NCBI RefSeq assembly: GCF_026571515.1
Contig: NW_026866227.1
Location: 62,001-126,000, forward strand
DNA from: Ruditapes philippinarum
Taxonomy: Eukaryota
Direction of reading: 5' to 3'
Length of the DNA: 64,000 bases
The stretch's first letter is position 1. Every line of letters begins with the position of its first letter. Position numbers and translations under genes: made by a program. Positions 62,048 through 64,000 of the stretch are shown piece after piece. The notes beneath the pieces were generated by a model that searched no databases, was not told where the DNA came from, and saw only the letters and a program-made list of their open reading frames with translations.

Positions 62048-62961
62048 CAGTTGACTCTCGGTAACTCGAAATCCAAGGGACTAGGTATTTTACTTCGAGA
62101 GAAACGGAATTCGAGTAACGTTGAACTACCGCCATTACGTTGACTTCGTACATGTATATACATGTACCTGATTGAATGTGCAAAGAAGTAGCTTTCTTAT
62201 TGTTGTTAGCGGCAATGCTGCAATATTTAACCATTGAAATGACGGTAAATCACTTTCAACTACAAATTATAAATGAACAAAAATATATCATTCAAAATTT
62301 AATACATGTATATTAATAGTGAATCATAAACACACAATTATATTTGATTTAATTGATCATCGGACGAAAACGAAATTAGCAACTATCGTGAACCGGAAGT
62401 ACAAATTAATGTATGCAATATGACGGAACATTAATTATACAAATATCATTTACGTTGATAATACACATCAATACCTAGGCTGTTATTTGACAAGGCTGTT
62501 ATTTGACTAACACCCGTCAGACTGGCACGAGTCAACTTTTTTAAAGAAATGAATTAAATCTTAATTAAGTTATCAACTGTTAAAACCAATTAAGTCGTGA
62601 AACGGATTAAAGACACTTTTACGACGTGTAAATAATACATGATGACCGGCAATTAAAAATTACATTGAAACGTGTAAATCACGAGTGACAAATCACGAGT
62701 GACAACATCTCACCTTGATGTCGCCGACTTTTGATCAGTCGGCTGTTTTCACACTTCGACTAATTGAGATGAAAATATGTGGACTTTAATTGACGGGACC
62801 AAATTTTCTTTTCGACTAAACAGGAGTCTCGGTAAGTCAAAATTTGACCTAAGCGGAGTTAAAATACAAAGATAAAGAAGGAAATTTGACGGGACTTTAG
62901 AAATTATTCGACTAAGGCGGAATTTTGAGTAAAACGATTTTGACTTATTGAGAGTCAACTG
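62048..62961. mobile_element. pogo/Tigger-type MITE
   Basis: TIR TA|CAGTTGACTCTC ... GAGAGTCAACTG|TA. Confidence 0.85.
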
Positions 62962-63627
62962 TAGTTTGTTTAAAATGTATTACAAGAGGCTCATAAGACA
63001 ACAAAGTCCTTTACAGATTTAAAATCCCGCAAAATCGACGATTTGAAATATGTGACGGAAACTGCTTCTGTCGTGATTCAATAACGGCTTATTTATACTT
63101 ATTGGAGCCCCATTTGAGACACGCATGCGTACTAATGGATTTTGTTTTTATTTACAAACACAAGGCATGACCTCCACTACTTCGTAACAAAATTTTATAT
63201 CAATCGGAGAAGATTTGTGTAATATTTTTAAAAAAAAAACTCATTTTTTAACGGATACTGCTTCGATACCAGTAGACAATTTTGCAAGACCTATTTAAAA
63301 AAAGAATAGGTCTAAAAACAATTGCAAAAGTAGGGATCGAACCACAGACCTCTCATATTTAAGGTAATCACTCAACCGGCTGTGCTATTGCGAATATGAC
63401 CAGAACGTAAACATTAAGATAGTGTGACTTTTCAAAACATAATTCATATACTCCATATTAATTCTCGTAATTCGTTGGACAGAACCGACGTGGAATCGAA
63501 TATTTAAATGAGTGCTATAATGTAATCTTGTATCATTGTTTGGGGACCTTTCTGTTGAAAATCTGTCAGAGTTAAATCGAAAACATATAAATGCACAGTG
63601 CGTTAACTGGAGTGTAGGTTTTTTATT

Positions 63628-63987
63628 GTGGCTGATTTGGTACGATTTTGTGCGTCTACTTGGCGCTAGCGACAACACGACAAAGCGCCAAACGGCGCGA
63701 TGTAGGACTTTCGTCTTTTCGTCCTGTCTCTAGCGCGGCATGCAAACGGCGTGTTGTCGTGCGGGGCGTTGTCGCGATCTCGCCCTGTCGCTTGGCTTAT
63801 AAACCAATCCTTCAATTTAAACCAAACAACAATGCGCCATCGCGACAACACTCCGCACGACAACGCGTCTTTTGGCGTGCCGCGCTAGAGACAGGACGAC
63901 AGCGTGACAATGCCCCGTTTGGCGCTTTGACGTGTTGTCGCTAGCGCCAACGCGACGCACAAAAGCGTAGCGTACCAATTCAGCCAC
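63628..63987. mobile_element. GC-rich fold-back MITE
   Basis: Long imperfect inverted arms: GTGGCTGATTTGGTACG..TTGGCGCTAGCGACAACACGACAAAGCGCCAAACGG versus CCGTTTGGCGCTTTGACGTGTTGTCGCTAGCGCCAA..CGTACCAATTCAGCCAC. Confidence 0.85.
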
Positions 63988-64000
63988 CATATGTATTAGT

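Overview
AT-rich eukaryotic (spliceosomal-intron) DNA. The gene and repeat content (multi-cysteine-cluster Toll-like receptors, Meta/V-domain-type SINEs, HINE-like elements) is most consistent with a bivalve mollusc; this is inference only. Host genes: a 3-exon alanine aminotransferase (- strand, 2431-5800) and a 3-exon BTB-BACK-PHR gene (+, 11257-13434). A ~13.5-14 kb segment is duplicated (about 22340-35890 and 44250-58320); each copy carries a protostome-type TLR (-) and a divergently oriented secreted Cys-rich/EGF/2xvWA gene (+). The TLR in copy 1 has ACG where copy 2 has ATG. The vWA gene in copy 2 runs through a stretch that looks like assembly noise. Between the copies is a decayed tyrosine-recombinase retroelement (Ngaro/DIRS-like), split by a young element with two apparently identical 471-bp terminal direct repeats and a 4-bp TSD (KolobokP-like). 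The most intriguing signal is a non-coding repeat family with about 8 core copies. It has one fixed end, occurs as partial tandems (about 1.4 x 630 nt and 1.1 x 284 nt), and keeps a multi-stem secondary structure through compensatory changes, G-U pairs and a cUUCGg loop on one strand only. That makes it a candidate retrozyme-like element copied from a circular RNA, with no ribozyme core I could recognise. Tc1, pogo, L2/CR1 LINE, SINE and MITE remnants fill the rest. All calls were made by eye, without database searches.
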